Below, piece by piece: positions 47,062 through 57,439 of a DNA stretch of 64,000 nucleotides; the stretch's first letter is position 1; every line of letters starts with the position of its first letter. The notes beneath the pieces are model-generated. The model had not been told where the DNA came from. It saw only the letters and a program-made list of their open reading frames with translations, and made no database searches. Position numbers and translations under genes: made by a program. Source of the DNA: a virus (taxonomy: Duplodnaviria; Caudoviricetes); the IMG/VR virus record IMGVR_UViG_2974668611_000001, positions 1-64,000 of that record. One strand, given 5' to 3'.

Positions 47062-47092
47062 ATAGCATACTAGATAATGTATGCTATGTCAA
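47062..47092 (-). promoter_or_regulatory. sigmaA promoter with overlapping palindrome, upstream of the MazF-like gene
   Basis: TTGACA-17-TATGCT; inverted repeat ATAGCATAC/GTATGCTAT. Confidence 0.7.
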
Positions 47093-47125
47093 CACTTAAT
47101 TTTAATTGATTGCAAAAATCATACT

Positions 47126-48306
47126 TTAGTCAGCAAGGCTGTCAATAACATTCTGTAATTTATCAACAATCTCTTCTTTGCTAAGCCCGATTAAAAGTGA
47201 AATAATCTTGGACTCTGTATAGCCATCACCATAACGGAGACCATGCGCTCCAAAACATACATTTCTATTATTCTTTGTCGGAAAATCTGCGTTAGATGTA
47301 TAATTATTGATGGTACCATGTGCTAATCTAAACAGTCTCCTGTTTTCTTGTGGTAAACAGTCATCATTATTTTTCGCAATCTGTCTTGCGTATTCAACTC
47401 TCCTATAAAAATCTTCGTGTAATCGTTGGTTGTATGTTTTCATATTTAATTCCTCCATGTTATTTCAAAATCTCATCTAAGGATTCGGAAACCTTCTTAT
47501 AGTCTTCAATGTTATAGTTTCCAAAAAACAGTTCATTAATGTTATGTTCAATCTTTTTCTTATATTGTGAACGTTCTTTAACTTGTTTTTCCCATTCTTC
47601 TCCAAAATTTTCGTCGTCAGAGATATAGTGTAACTCAATAAAACTAGGTCGCCACATTTTTGGCAACGTTCCCGTTGTCTTTAAACGCATATAGCTATTT
47701 GTTCGGTCATATTTGCTGTACGAGAAATAAAAATTTGTTTTATTCTTTTTGATAACATATACCTTAGACATCTTTACATGGCTGTTATCATCAATATAGA
47801 AATCATATAACTCTTGACCAACTTCTAAATCTTTAGCTTTTGTTTTTGTCATCATTATTTACCTCTCTTTCATTTATCAACATAAAAAGCATACCAGAAA
47901 TGATATGCTTTGTCAAATATTTTTTATTAATCTTAGTAAGTAGACTCAAAGTTCAACCACAATCGGGCAACTCATATTACTCTTCATAATCCTTACTAAA
48001 ATCCATTAGTGCATAAATTGATGGTAACGTGCCATATTTGATAAAATCATTGTAGTCGTCTGTAACAGCGCTAACAGATGAGCTACCGTCCGTTAACCTT
48101 GCGATTGTCATGATAATAGTTCCATCTTCATATTCTAACTCATCATTTGTAAGAGATTCTATGTCTTTTCTAAACTGGTTGGCGTCTTCCTTACTGTATA
48201 CGACTGAAATCAATCTGTTGTACTTATGTTTGCTTAGAACAGCAACGAAATCACCATCACCAATAATGTCGTCAAAATTATCTAATAAATAATCTTTAAG
48301 TGTCAT
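47126..48306 (-). CDS. Hypothetical proteins (47126-47458, 47460-47855, 47977-48306)
   Basis: ORFs with SDs; promoter TTGACA-17-TATGCT at 47888-47916. Confidence 0.7.
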
Positions 48307-48770
48307 TAGAATACCCTCCCTTCAAACGGCTTATTCTTAATATCTAAGAAATTAAAATCAGCTAACTCACTAATGTCAATAACTTGTGCGCATCCCTTAG
48401 CAATCATTAAATTAAGCGGAGCACCACTATCAATAACAACGATAACTGGCTTATGTTGCGCGAAAGCATATCCCATTTCCCACGCTGTTCCTTCGTCTAC
48501 ATTATTAGTATCAATTACAGCTAATACTACATCAGAATAATCAATCCCACCGCAGTCTCCAAAGAATGTTCCAGACTGCCACTCAACATCATATAATAAT
48601 GAATCGTCGTCTTCAACGACCATTCCTTTATATTGGTTGTCTAGTGGAATATATGAATTTTTAATATCAACAGTGTTATTGTTAATAAGACTTTTCTTTG
48701 CTTTCTCTAACAGGGATTTTTGCGATTCTGAAAACCAACCAGAAGCTAAATATAGTCGTTTACTACTCAT
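48306..48770 (-). CDS. Nucleoside 2-deoxyribosyltransferase
   Basis: LYLASGWFS, DEGTAWEMGYA, LNLMI motifs. Confidence 0.92.
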   Translation of the reverse strand: MSSKRLYLASGWFSESQKSLLEKAKKSLINNNTVDIKNSYIPLDNQYKGMVVEDDDSLLYDVEWQSGTFFGDCGGIDYSDVVLAVIDTNNVDEGTAWEMGYAFAQHKPVIVVIDSGAPLNLMIAKGCAQVIDISELADFNFLDIKNKPFEGRVF

Positions 48771-49087
48771 TATTTTACCTCCGTCTTATCATGCTTTGCT
48801 CCATAGATTACGGCAAGCTTTTTAATGGCTTCTGGGTTAAATCCGCTCCACATGCCAGTTTGTGACCAAGAATACCCATTACTAGATTCTAGGTAGCTAA
48901 ATGATACGATAGGTGCATGGCCGAATCCCTTTTCTTTAAGAACATCAATTTCGTCTGACGACATTGAACTAATGCTATTTTCAAAGTAAGCAATATCATA
49001 ATGTTTGAATAATTTTTTAGTCATATTGCATTGACCACAATTATCTTTGGTGTAAATATCTACCCTAATTTGTTCCTTGTTTTTCAT
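48770..49087 (-). CDS. NrdH-like glutaredoxin
   Basis: IYTKDNCGQCNMTK...APIV...WSGFNP; start taken at the second Met. Confidence 0.88.
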   Translation of the reverse strand: MKNKEQIRVDIYTKDNCGQCNMTKKLFKHYDIAYFENSISSMSSDEIDVLKEKGFGHAPIVSFSYLESSNGYSWSQTGMWSGFNPEAIKKLAVIYGAKHDKTEVK

Positions 49088-49233
49088 CTTTAGCACTCTC
49101 CATCTCACTAATTTTATATCTTAAATCATCATTTTCAAGTTTTAACTCATCTGATTGTTCTTCTAACTCCGCAACTCTGTCCTGATAATACCAAATCTGT
49201 TCTAATAGTTCTGTCATGCTACCGTATTCCATA

Positions 49234-49575
49234 TTATTCACCATAATCTAAGCCAAAAATTGGTTCTTTAATATAATACTTTATGGATAGCATATCAGCA
49301 ATCTTTTTAAATTCCCCAGAAGTAATACCGTTACCAATCATAGAATGAATATCATTGATAATTTCAGGTACATTAGAGTTTTCAAGCCTTTCCCTTAATT
49401 TGACGTTCTCCTTATACAAATCATCATAGTCTTGTTCAAGAGAATCATATTCTCGTGATAATTCTTGGTTATCAATCTCGCTATTATCAAGCTCAGTGCC
49501 AAGTGAATCATTTTCAGCTTCAAGGTCTTCAACCTGTTCTTCTAGTTCTCTAATATATTCCTCTTCATTACCCAT
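49234..49575 (-). CDS. Acidic coiled-coil hypothetical protein
   Basis: Heptad-rich ORF; promoter TTGACA-17-TATACT near 49627-49655. Confidence 0.65.
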   Translation of the reverse strand: MGNEEEYIRELEEQVEDLEAENDSLGTELDNSEIDNQELSREYDSLEQDYDDLYKENVKLRERLENSNVPEIINDIHSMIGNGITSGEFKKIADMLSIKYYIKEPIFGLDYGE

Positions 49576-49664
49576 TACAATCACTTTTCCTTTCAAAAAT
49601 ATAAAATCCTAGCTACCAACGTATTAAGTATACATGATAACTAGGAAAATGTCAATATATTAAT

Positions 49665-50432
49665 TTAAATTTCTTTTACTTTATCCCTTGCAAACCACTT
49701 ACTATCAAAGAATGCAACTAAATCATTAAGAATATAAAGCATATAGGTGAAGAACAGAACCCAAACAGCTTCTCCTTGCATAGCAGTTACTAACCACAGT
49801 GCGACAGAGCTAAGTCCTTGTGCGAACCAAAAGTAATAAGAAGCTCTGAAACGACGAACAGTTAAAATTGCTCCAGTCAATCCAATAGTTGCTGATAAAG
49901 CGTCAATAGCTGGACGAGGACTGGTTAAGATAACTGTATCTAAACCGTAAGTCACGATGAAGAATCCAATAAAAGTGAATAAAGTCTGCCAAGCAAACTT
50001 AATATTCATCTTGCGCGGTTCTAAATCCTTACCGTTGTTCCAAGTCTTATTAAGCAATACTGGTAAATCTAACAGGAAGATATAGAAAGTTTGCATAATA
50101 ATGTCAGAGAAGTTCCCAGTCTTCAAAGCCACATAAATTAACATGATAGCAGAAACGAATCCTAATACACCGTTAATGGGCCGTCCGTTTGTAATACTTA
50201 ACGTGCATGTGAAACCAATTAAACCAGCAACTGTTGAAGTGACTCCTAAGCCAGTAATTCCATGACCAAGCCCAACGTACAGCAGAAATAACCAACCAAC
50301 TACTAATAAGACGTAGCTGGATTTAGTCCAACCAGTCATTTGTTCTTTATACCATCGCCAGTTGAACACCCGACTAACTGACTCTGGATTATAACCTAAA
50401 TCATTGACACCATTTGTATTTTGCAAAACCAA
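49665..50432 (-). CDS. pnuC: PnuC-family nucleoside/nicotinamide riboside transporter
   Basis: Multi-TM protein; GRPINGVLG, DALSATIG..G..L...R...Y.FW motifs. Confidence 0.85.
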   Translation of the reverse strand: MVLQNTNGVNDLGYNPESVSRVFNWRWYKEQMTGWTKSSYVLLVVGWLFLLYVGLGHGITGLGVTSTVAGLIGFTCTLSITNGRPINGVLGFVSAIMLIYVALKTGNFSDIIMQTFYIFLLDLPVLLNKTWNNGKDLEPRKMNIKFAWQTLFTFIGFFIVTYGLDTVILTSPRPAIDALSATIGLTGAILTVRRFRASYYFWFAQGLSSVALWLVTAMQGEAVWVLFFTYMLYILNDLVAFFDSKWFARDKVKEI

Positions 50433-50491
50433 AACCTCTTCCTATTTTTATTAGGTCGTCAAAAGACGCCTTATCCCCGAATAAACGGTTT

Positions 50492-51724
50492 TTATAACAT
50501 TACTGGTAACGGTGTAATCGTACCGTCATTGCTTACGTCTAGCATAACCTGTGAGCGTGAAGCTCGGTAGTGTAGACGTTCTGAATAGCTTGTTGGGCCA
50601 ATAAGAGACCCAGACTGAATGACAAGGCCAGATTCTTCGTGGACTGACAAACTATGGAAGTGACCGCCAACTAAAGCGTCATATCTAATATTGTCAAATT
50701 GGCTAGAAATTGCAATCGTTTCTGGCTTAGCAATGTTCTGCAAGTCACCATGGACAAACTTAATATTTGCGCCATTTACGCTGATATGGTCTTCTGTGAC
50801 CTTATCAGGTTCTTTCACCTTAATATCATAATCAGTCTGTTCAACAATCATCTTGATTGCTTCATTTAATACAGTTGAGAATCCATCATCTGGCAGGTTG
50901 TCTTTCTTGTTTCCGTTAGCCCTATCGTGGTTTCCAAGAATACCAGAATAAATTACTGGGATTCCAGTGCTGTATGCAATGTTGATAATGAATTCCGAGA
51001 TTAACTTAATTGCTGTATTAATCTGGTCAGATAGCTTTAATGAGATTTCGTAAGACTGATTGTATCTCATATAAGCTCCTTCAATGCTGTCCCCTAGATT
51101 TTCAATATAGATTGTCCCAGGATTAGAAAAAGCAACGTACTGAATAATCTTACTTGCATACTTAGATAGTTCATCTTTAGCAATTAATTCATCGTACTTA
51201 TAACCATCAACATCTACTTTGGCGCCAATATGAATATCAGACAAAGAGACAATCAAAACGCTCCCACTATCTTCTGGGGCCAACATGCCACAATCTAACT
51301 CACTAGGGACGACGGTGATTCCATCTTTTAGTGAACGTTTTACATCGCGTTTAAATAATTCCATGTCTGCATAATCTCGCCGACTTTTATTGAATTCACG
51401 ACGCATTACTTGCAATTCTCGCTTTTCAAGTAGCATTTCGTCAATTTCTTTGTTAAGCGCGTTACGTTTATGGTCTAGTTCATTTGAACGTTGCTGTTCA
51501 ACAGAATTAATTGTACCAGTTTTATATTGGTACCTTTTAATTAACTGGCGAAATCCTTCACATTGCTTTGCGTCATATCCATCTTGTCGCAACAAACGGG
51601 CCACTTTGCCCCAATTGGCACGCCCGTTGTCTCGTTGCAATTCAGTTTTGTATTTGGCGGCCATTTTTAGGCCAACATCATCAATTTCATGTGTTTTACC
51701 TTTATTATCAGTATAAGTTGCCAT
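50492..51724 (-). CDS. Calcineurin-like metallophosphoesterase
   Basis: SDIHIG, LGDSIEG, GNHDR, VHGD, GHFH motifs. Confidence 0.88.
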   Translation of the reverse strand: MATYTDNKGKTHEIDDVGLKMAAKYKTELQRDNGRANWGKVARLLRQDGYDAKQCEGFRQLIKRYQYKTGTINSVEQQRSNELDHKRNALNKEIDEMLLEKRELQVMRREFNKSRRDYADMELFKRDVKRSLKDGITVVPSELDCGMLAPEDSGSVLIVSLSDIHIGAKVDVDGYKYDELIAKDELSKYASKIIQYVAFSNPGTIYIENLGDSIEGAYMRYNQSYEISLKLSDQINTAIKLISEFIINIAYSTGIPVIYSGILGNHDRANGNKKDNLPDDGFSTVLNEAIKMIVEQTDYDIKVKEPDKVTEDHISVNGANIKFVHGDLQNIAKPETIAISSQFDNIRYDALVGGHFHSLSVHEESGLVIQSGSLIGPTSYSERLHYRASRSQVMLDVSNDGTITPLPVML

Positions 51725-51736
51725 TAAGTTCTCCCT

Positions 51737-52780
51737 CTAGTAGCCTTTCTTTTTTGCCGTTTCAGTTAATTCTGACAAGATGATTGCCAAATCTTCTGAA
51801 CGATTATCAGAAAGTTCATTGACCTTGTGTCCCTTACCTAGTGTCTTTTCAACGATTGTTGTCAATGTCTTAATATCATTGTTCTTTTGGAACAAAATTG
51901 CGACAGCTTTCGTCTTTTCTAGCAGTTCTGAGAAATCGTATTGAACGTCTTTAGCGTCAGCGTGCAATACTTTCTTTTCGGTAGTCTCATCATAGTTGCT
52001 ACCAAGAACACGTGAAACTTCCTTCTTATACGCTTCTGCACTAAACGGAATGATTGGCTTAACGCCCTTAAACGTTGTACCAGCTTCGTACTGGAGCGTC
52101 CCTCGCAGGTGCAATACACGTTGTTCTTCTCCATTTACTAAGTTATTTTCAGCATACAGAATATTGTCGACCATCTTCGTTACTGGGGATAGACCTTTTT
52201 CTTTCAAGTCTGGAGAAATCTTAGTGAATTCAACCATTTGTTTTCCATCATTGGCCTTAGACAAAACAGCGTCTGGAATGGCATTCATTTCATTAGAATC
52301 AATATACGGAATCTTAACAATCTTTTCAGTTGAATGTGATACAAAGATATTAGTATATGGCAATGATTCTAATTCTTTCAATCCCCGGAACCATACTTCA
52401 CTAAGACGAGTGTGGTCTCGTCCATATCCAACATCACCGTCGCCGACACTAAATTCATCAAATTGAGAAGCCGTAAACTTACTTGCATAACGATACAAGT
52501 TTTCAACAGTATCAATGGAAACAGCGTCATACATTTCTTGTACTTCTTTGCGCTTCAATTGTGATAGAACCTGTTTAAATTCACCCCAAGTTGAAATATA
52601 CTGAACCATTGCACCATCTAGCGCACCATACCGACGTTCCGTCATGATATTAAGAACTCGTGGGAATAATTCATTTACGAATGTTGTCTTACCAATCTTA
52701 GACGGCCCATATAGCAATAAACTATAACTTGAAGGTTCGGTTGATACTTTATTAGCAGTAATCTTAGTTAAATCAATCAT
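51737..52780 (-). CDS. AAA_24/Sak4-like ATPase (SPbeta YorG-like)
   Basis: LYGPSKIGKTT Walker A, IDTV, FVSH. Confidence 0.85.
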   Translation of the reverse strand: MIDLTKITANKVSTEPSSYSLLLYGPSKIGKTTFVNELFPRVLNIMTERRYGALDGAMVQYISTWGEFKQVLSQLKRKEVQEMYDAVSIDTVENLYRYASKFTASQFDEFSVGDGDVGYGRDHTRLSEVWFRGLKELESLPYTNIFVSHSTEKIVKIPYIDSNEMNAIPDAVLSKANDGKQMVEFTKISPDLKEKGLSPVTKMVDNILYAENNLVNGEEQRVLHLRGTLQYEAGTTFKGVKPIIPFSAEAYKKEVSRVLGSNYDETTEKKVLHADAKDVQYDFSELLEKTKAVAILFQKNNDIKTLTTIVEKTLGKGHKVNELSDNRSEDLAIILSELTETAKKKGY

Positions 52781-52807
52781 TTTTATACTCTCACTCCTAT
52801 AATAAAT

Positions 52808-53149
52808 CTAGTTAAACAAATTAATCTTCTTTAGGTCATCAAAACTTAATTCAATTGACATTGAATCTGATAACTGTTCAGACGTCAATAGCATAATTTG
52901 TTCATCACATGTCGTTGTATACACGACATATGGCTTTTCTTCTTCGTTTTCAAACGTCGATGGCAACTCAACTTCATCATGTGCGTTATCGTCAAATGAA
53001 TCCAAGTCAATATTCCATTTACTCCCATCAAAGCTTACTTTAATTCCAGCTTCGTTAAGTTTTGAAGTATCGACAACTGGAGTTTTTTCTCCAGACAAAT
53101 AATCAACAACATTAACCTCTTTACCGTCATAGCTACGTTTAAATTTCAT
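52808..53149 (-). CDS. Hypothetical protein
   Basis: Acidic 113 aa ORF with SD. Confidence 0.7.
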   Translation of the reverse strand: MKFKRSYDGKEVNVVDYLSGEKTPVVDTSKLNEAGIKVSFDGSKWNIDLDSFDDNAHDEVELPSTFENEEEKPYVVYTTTCDEQIMLLTSEQLSDSMSIELSFDDLKKINLFN

Positions 53150-53164
53150 TTTTATAATCTCCTA

Positions 53165-54148
53165 TTAAAATGGCAAGTCGTCGTCAGAAATATCAATTTG
53201 ACCGGCACTTTTAGCGAATGGGTTAGACGTTTCACTCTTGCTGTTATCTCCAAATCCGCTACGAGCACCGCTTTGTGCTGGTACAGAAGCTTGACCGTTT
53301 GAACGTGAAATCGCTTCTGTACGTTGCTTACGCAATTCTTCATGGGCCTTTTGAACCTGTTCTTCACTCAAATCTAAGTCACTATTGTCCAATGGCTTAC
53401 CACCAGTTACTAGCAATTGTCGAACATATGAGTTGGTTTGAACAACTTCGTGAATCTGACCAAATGAACCACCACCGTCATTATCAACATTTTGCTTCTT
53501 AACGACTACATAGTTCAAAATATTGTAGTACAACATACCAGTGCTTCCTTCCGGGAAGAATCCTTGCATGTCACCAATCAAATCGTCCTTAACCTTTAAG
53601 TCCATGATACGACCAACACGGCCATTGTAGCCAACAGTTAACGCTTTAACCTTATATAATCCAGTAGGGTTATCTTCATTGTCTAATTCTTCTTCATAGC
53701 TTTCGATAGCCGCCGGAATTTGACCAAACGCACCATCTTCAAGACCCTTCTTGTCGTTTACACGATGTAAGGTTGTAGCCCGAAAACGGTTTGATTCATT
53801 GACAATTTCACCATCTGGAGAATATACGTTATATGACAAATCACCGTTTACACTGACTCGGTCTGCCTTTTCTTCGTCACCGTTTGTATCTTGTAATGAT
53901 ACATATTCTTCCATAACCGTCTTCATGCCAGCATATAGCTTGTTTTCATTACCCTTATTGGTAAACTTACGGTTATAAACATTAAACGTAATTACGTTTA
54001 CCTTATCATTTTGCTTTACTTGAACACGAATCGACCCTTTAATAATTTCTTCGTTATTCTTATCAGTTCCAAGTTCCAGAGATACTTCTGATAGCGTACC
54101 AACTACAGTTAACGCGTTACCCTTCAATTCTTTTAATTCAACAGCCAT
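53165..54148 (-). CDS. Putative single-stranded DNA-binding protein (SPbeta YorF-like)
   Basis: OB-like beta-rich body; SSB-type acidic tail ISDDDLPF; promoter TTGACA-17-TATACT at ~54185-54213. Confidence 0.75.
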   Translation of the reverse strand: MAVELKELKGNALTVVGTLSEVSLELGTDKNNEEIIKGSIRVQVKQNDKVNVITFNVYNRKFTNKGNENKLYAGMKTVMEEYVSLQDTNGDEEKADRVSVNGDLSYNVYSPDGEIVNESNRFRATTLHRVNDKKGLEDGAFGQIPAAIESYEEELDNEDNPTGLYKVKALTVGYNGRVGRIMDLKVKDDLIGDMQGFFPEGSTGMLYYNILNYVVVKKQNVDNDGGGSFGQIHEVVQTNSYVRQLLVTGGKPLDNSDLDLSEEQVQKAHEELRKQRTEAISRSNGQASVPAQSGARSGFGDNSKSETSNPFAKSAGQIDISDDDLPF

Positions 54149-54219
54149 TACAAATTCCTCCTAGTTGTTTTTCATTACTATTACAGTATATCATTCATAA
54201 ATACTTATGTCAACTATTT

Positions 54220-54537
54220 TTATAAGTTTGTTGCAAATAATTTTTTATCGAAAGGATATTCTTCGTCTTCACCAGTAATAATATACGTCGACATCATTTC
54301 CATAAAATGTAAGACATTATCATTCTCTGACATAACTTGTTCAGACGGCGTCTTAGCTAAGTATTGAGAACTGCAATAGTCTTCTAAGAAGTGATTATTG
54401 TTTTCTGAAATAAACTTTTTAACGTCCTCTACTCTTTCATCTGCTGAATGTCCTTGGTCATAATACTTTTCAAAAAATAATTGCTTTAATTCATCTATTG
54501 TGACGCCATCTAACGCCCCCTCAAATTTACGATACAT
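54220..54537 (-). CDS. Hypothetical protein
   Basis: ORF with GGAG SD. Confidence 0.65.
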   Translation of the reverse strand: MYRKFEGALDGVTIDELKQLFFEKYYDQGHSADERVEDVKKFISENNNHFLEDYCSSQYLAKTPSEQVMSENDNVLHFMEMMSTYIITGEDEEYPFDKKLFATNL

Positions 54538-54973
54538 CGTTATCTCTCCAGTCATAATTCACATTATCGTGATATTGAATTTCATATTTTTTAGTCGTTC
54601 CCATAATCTTAGTTTTAAAATCGTGTGTTCTAACAACAACAACTTCTACTGGAACTCCATACGTCTCAGCAAACAGCTTAAATGAAATATTAGCACCTCT
54701 ATCAATGGCGTAGTTCGTAAAGCCATTCTTGACATCATAGACATGCACAATGAGGTCATCTTTATCTAAGACGACAAAGTCTGGTTTATAAGTAATTCCT
54801 CTAATACTAATTTTGTCGTTTATAACAACTTTATCTAATAATCTGAATTTATCATGAACAATAATCTTGTAGCCAGAGTTTTCTAAAAACCTTTTGTAAA
54901 AATTATATTCTTTCTGGCTATCAAAAGTAATGCCACCCTCTTTAATCTTTTTTCCGTAATGCTGTAAGCCCAT
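54527..54973 (-). CDS. DUF1064-family PD-(D/E)xK nuclease
   Basis: GITFDSQKE...ITYKPDF...YDVK; AAGGAG SD before ATG 54973. Confidence 0.82.
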   Translation of the reverse strand: MGLQHYGKKIKEGGITFDSQKEYNFYKRFLENSGYKIIVHDKFRLLDKVVINDKISIRGITYKPDFVVLDKDDLIVHVYDVKNGFTNYAIDRGANISFKLFAETYGVPVEVVVVRTHDFKTKIMGTTKKYEIQYHDNVNYDWRDNDVS

Positions 54974-56125
54974 AATTAGCATACTCCTTATCATTTGTAA
55001 ACCACCTGTTAGTAGCGATTGAAAAGTGTGTGCCCTTTTCTGGTTTTGCATTTGTATTTTTAATTTTATCTAAGCATTCCTCATATGTGCCAACAAAGTC
55101 GAATCTCTGCACAATAAGTTCTGGCATATCATCGGAAGCTGTGATTACTTGACATAAATCATACAAACAAATAGATTTATTTTTAATGTTAATAATATTG
55201 TCTTTAACTTCTTCCATATATTTCTCTCCTGAAAATTATTGTTATATCTTTCCGATACGTTAATACTATTATACAATTAATGTTGAATTTTGTCAACCAT
55301 ATGTAGAATAAAGAAAGACACTCTTTATTCATTATCAATCTTTTCAACGCTATGTTTTTTAAATACTTTTGACTCTTCTGAATTATTGATTGATACTATC
55401 AACATATCATCTGTTTCTTGGCACATATCAAATACATTGGTATATCCGACGACAACTCCATAAATATTTGTAGATTTAACTCTAACTAAATCACCAATAT
55501 TAATCATATTAAGCATACTTCCTTATATTTATTTGTTCGATACCATTTGCGGAAAGTGATATATAAGTTCCAATCTCATAATATACCTTTGCGTTTCCTT
55601 TCATAGTTACTTCAATGTGTGTAACTCCTTTGTCTCCGATACGATACATATTACCAACAAATTTTATTGAATCTACATACATACTATTGGGATATTCAAT
55701 TAACATTATTTTCCCTCACTAATATTAATATGAAGCACAGTAACCGATATATTGACTTCTTTATTGATAAAGAATCTCCTAAATCTCATTGTAGACTTTT
55801 TATTAACTAAACTAACTCCATCAATATATCTATATTTCTTATCGTGAATTAACTTGTTGTAAAAATCGCTGTCTCCTGACCTAATAAAATCAATATCACC
55901 ATGAAACATATCGTTTGCTTTTTCTAAACAAGACCACAATAGCTTACTATTAGATACAATCTGTTCATAAATAGACACATCAACTGGTTTATCGTTTACA
56001 TAACACTTAACCAATAAGTTGGTGTGGCCACTCTTTATTAGTTTCTTAATAATTTCTTTGTAGTCAGATTCAAATAATAAATCTTCCTCTTCTTTTAATT
56101 GTCCCGCTAATTTATTCACATTCAT
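54942..56125 (-). CDS. Hypothetical proteins (54942-55217, 55325-55516, 55509-55706, 55706-56125)
   Basis: Packed ORFs with SDs; promoters near 55268-55296 and 56152-56180. Confidence 0.65.
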
Positions 56126-56199
56126 ATTATTATATCCTCCTTATTATATCAATTATACCATAGTATATGTAATAAGTAAACAATAATATAGTATTGTTC

Positions 56200-56886
56200 G
56201 AAATATCTCGGCTTAGAAACCGCCTGGGTTGAGACTATATAATATTGATAGCATGTCTGTCGTTAGTATGTAGTTCTTAACGTCTTGTGTTCTACGTGAC
56301 GGCTATTAAATAAATAACACCCTAATTTAACTAATTGTTATCACAATTACAAAATCAAACACACGTTCAGCCACCACAGTTTGTAATGCGATTTGTTTGA
56401 GCGATACAGTCTTTGCCTGTCAACACAAAGTATTATACACTTGTTCATTAGACAGTAGCAAAGACGAATTAGTTCGCAACGCTGATAGCCGTCGCTTCTA
56501 ACAGGGTGAATTATCTTTGATTGGTATTTCAACCAATCACTAGCTTTTAACTCCCATGCTTATCCAGTCCCGGAAGCAGAACTTTCGTTCTATACTAGTT
56601 TGCCTAAAGGATTGTGTTAAGTCCCAGCGCCTATTAATAGTAAATATATGAACTCATATCATACAGTGACTACTTAGTACGACTGGGCGAACATTAGCCC
56701 AACCATTCCATCTTTCGCATATCCATTTCATAAGGACTTAGTTTTCATCTTCACAGATTGGAGGCTTTGGAATTTTTACCCCCTGACTCAATCAACAACA
56801 CTTCAATTCACCTAAAGCAATGCCGACACATACCATTTTGTTACGCGGTAGGTTATCCGCTTGAATCTGTTCTATTAAAATGTCAT
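56200..56886 (-). ncRNA. Putative ~680-nt structured non-coding RNA
   Basis: Consensus promoter upstream, no credible ORF, many stems including a GAAA tetraloop on the minus strand. 3' boundary approximate. Confidence 0.55.
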
Positions 56887-56892
56887 AAAAAC

Positions 56893-56921
56893 ATTATATA
56901 GTCATATAATTTGAAAGTCAA
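56893..56921 (-). promoter_or_regulatory. sigmaA promoter driving the non-coding region
   Basis: TTGACT-17-TATAAT on the minus strand. Confidence 0.8.
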
Positions 56922-56943
56922 GCAATGTTTTATATTTTTTATG

Positions 56944-56972
56944 TTGACTTATTAAAAAATATATAGTATACT
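56944..56972 (+). promoter_or_regulatory. sigmaA promoter of the rightward replication operon
   Basis: TTGACT-17-TATACT. Confidence 0.8.
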
Positions 56973-57005
56973 TTACTAAGTTAAAGAATTGGAGGATGTG
57001 CAATA

Positions 57006-57439
57006 GTGGATTATGATGATTTTAAGGAAAAATTAAAGAATTAGGATATGAAGTGGTAGCGCATGGGCATAAAATTTATATTCTTAATAAAAGTAGGACT
57101 TTAATTACTATTAGTGGTCAATATGAACTAGAAATTGACGATAAAGAATATTTCAAGATGTTACCATTATGTAACGAGTTATTTCTATTATCATCTGAAT
57201 TTTCTTCGGAACTAACAATGTTTAATAAATATTATATCTTAATTCCGGGGATTTCAGATGGGTGGAATTATATTAACCTCAATATAGGTTCAAATGAAAT
57301 TTTTATTTGTGACAAAGGAGAGCCACATGTTAGCAACGGATTTAAAGCGGCTTTCACGTGGAAAGAGGTCGAAGATATTCGAGGTAGACTAAACGTAATT
57401 AATTGGGGTAATGTAAAATATGAACGTGTCAAAGATTAG
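57006..57439 (+). pseudogene. Hypothetical gene with apparent 1-nt frameshift near codon 10
   Basis: GGAGG SD then GTG 57006 (MDYDDFKEKLKN*). The -1 frame continues ELGYEVVAHGHK into track ORF 57053-57439. Confidence 0.5.

Noticed and set aside
56347-56532. 61-aa minus-strand ORF within the non-coding region
   Set aside because: No SD, Cys-rich random-looking sequence, and overlaps strong RNA stems.
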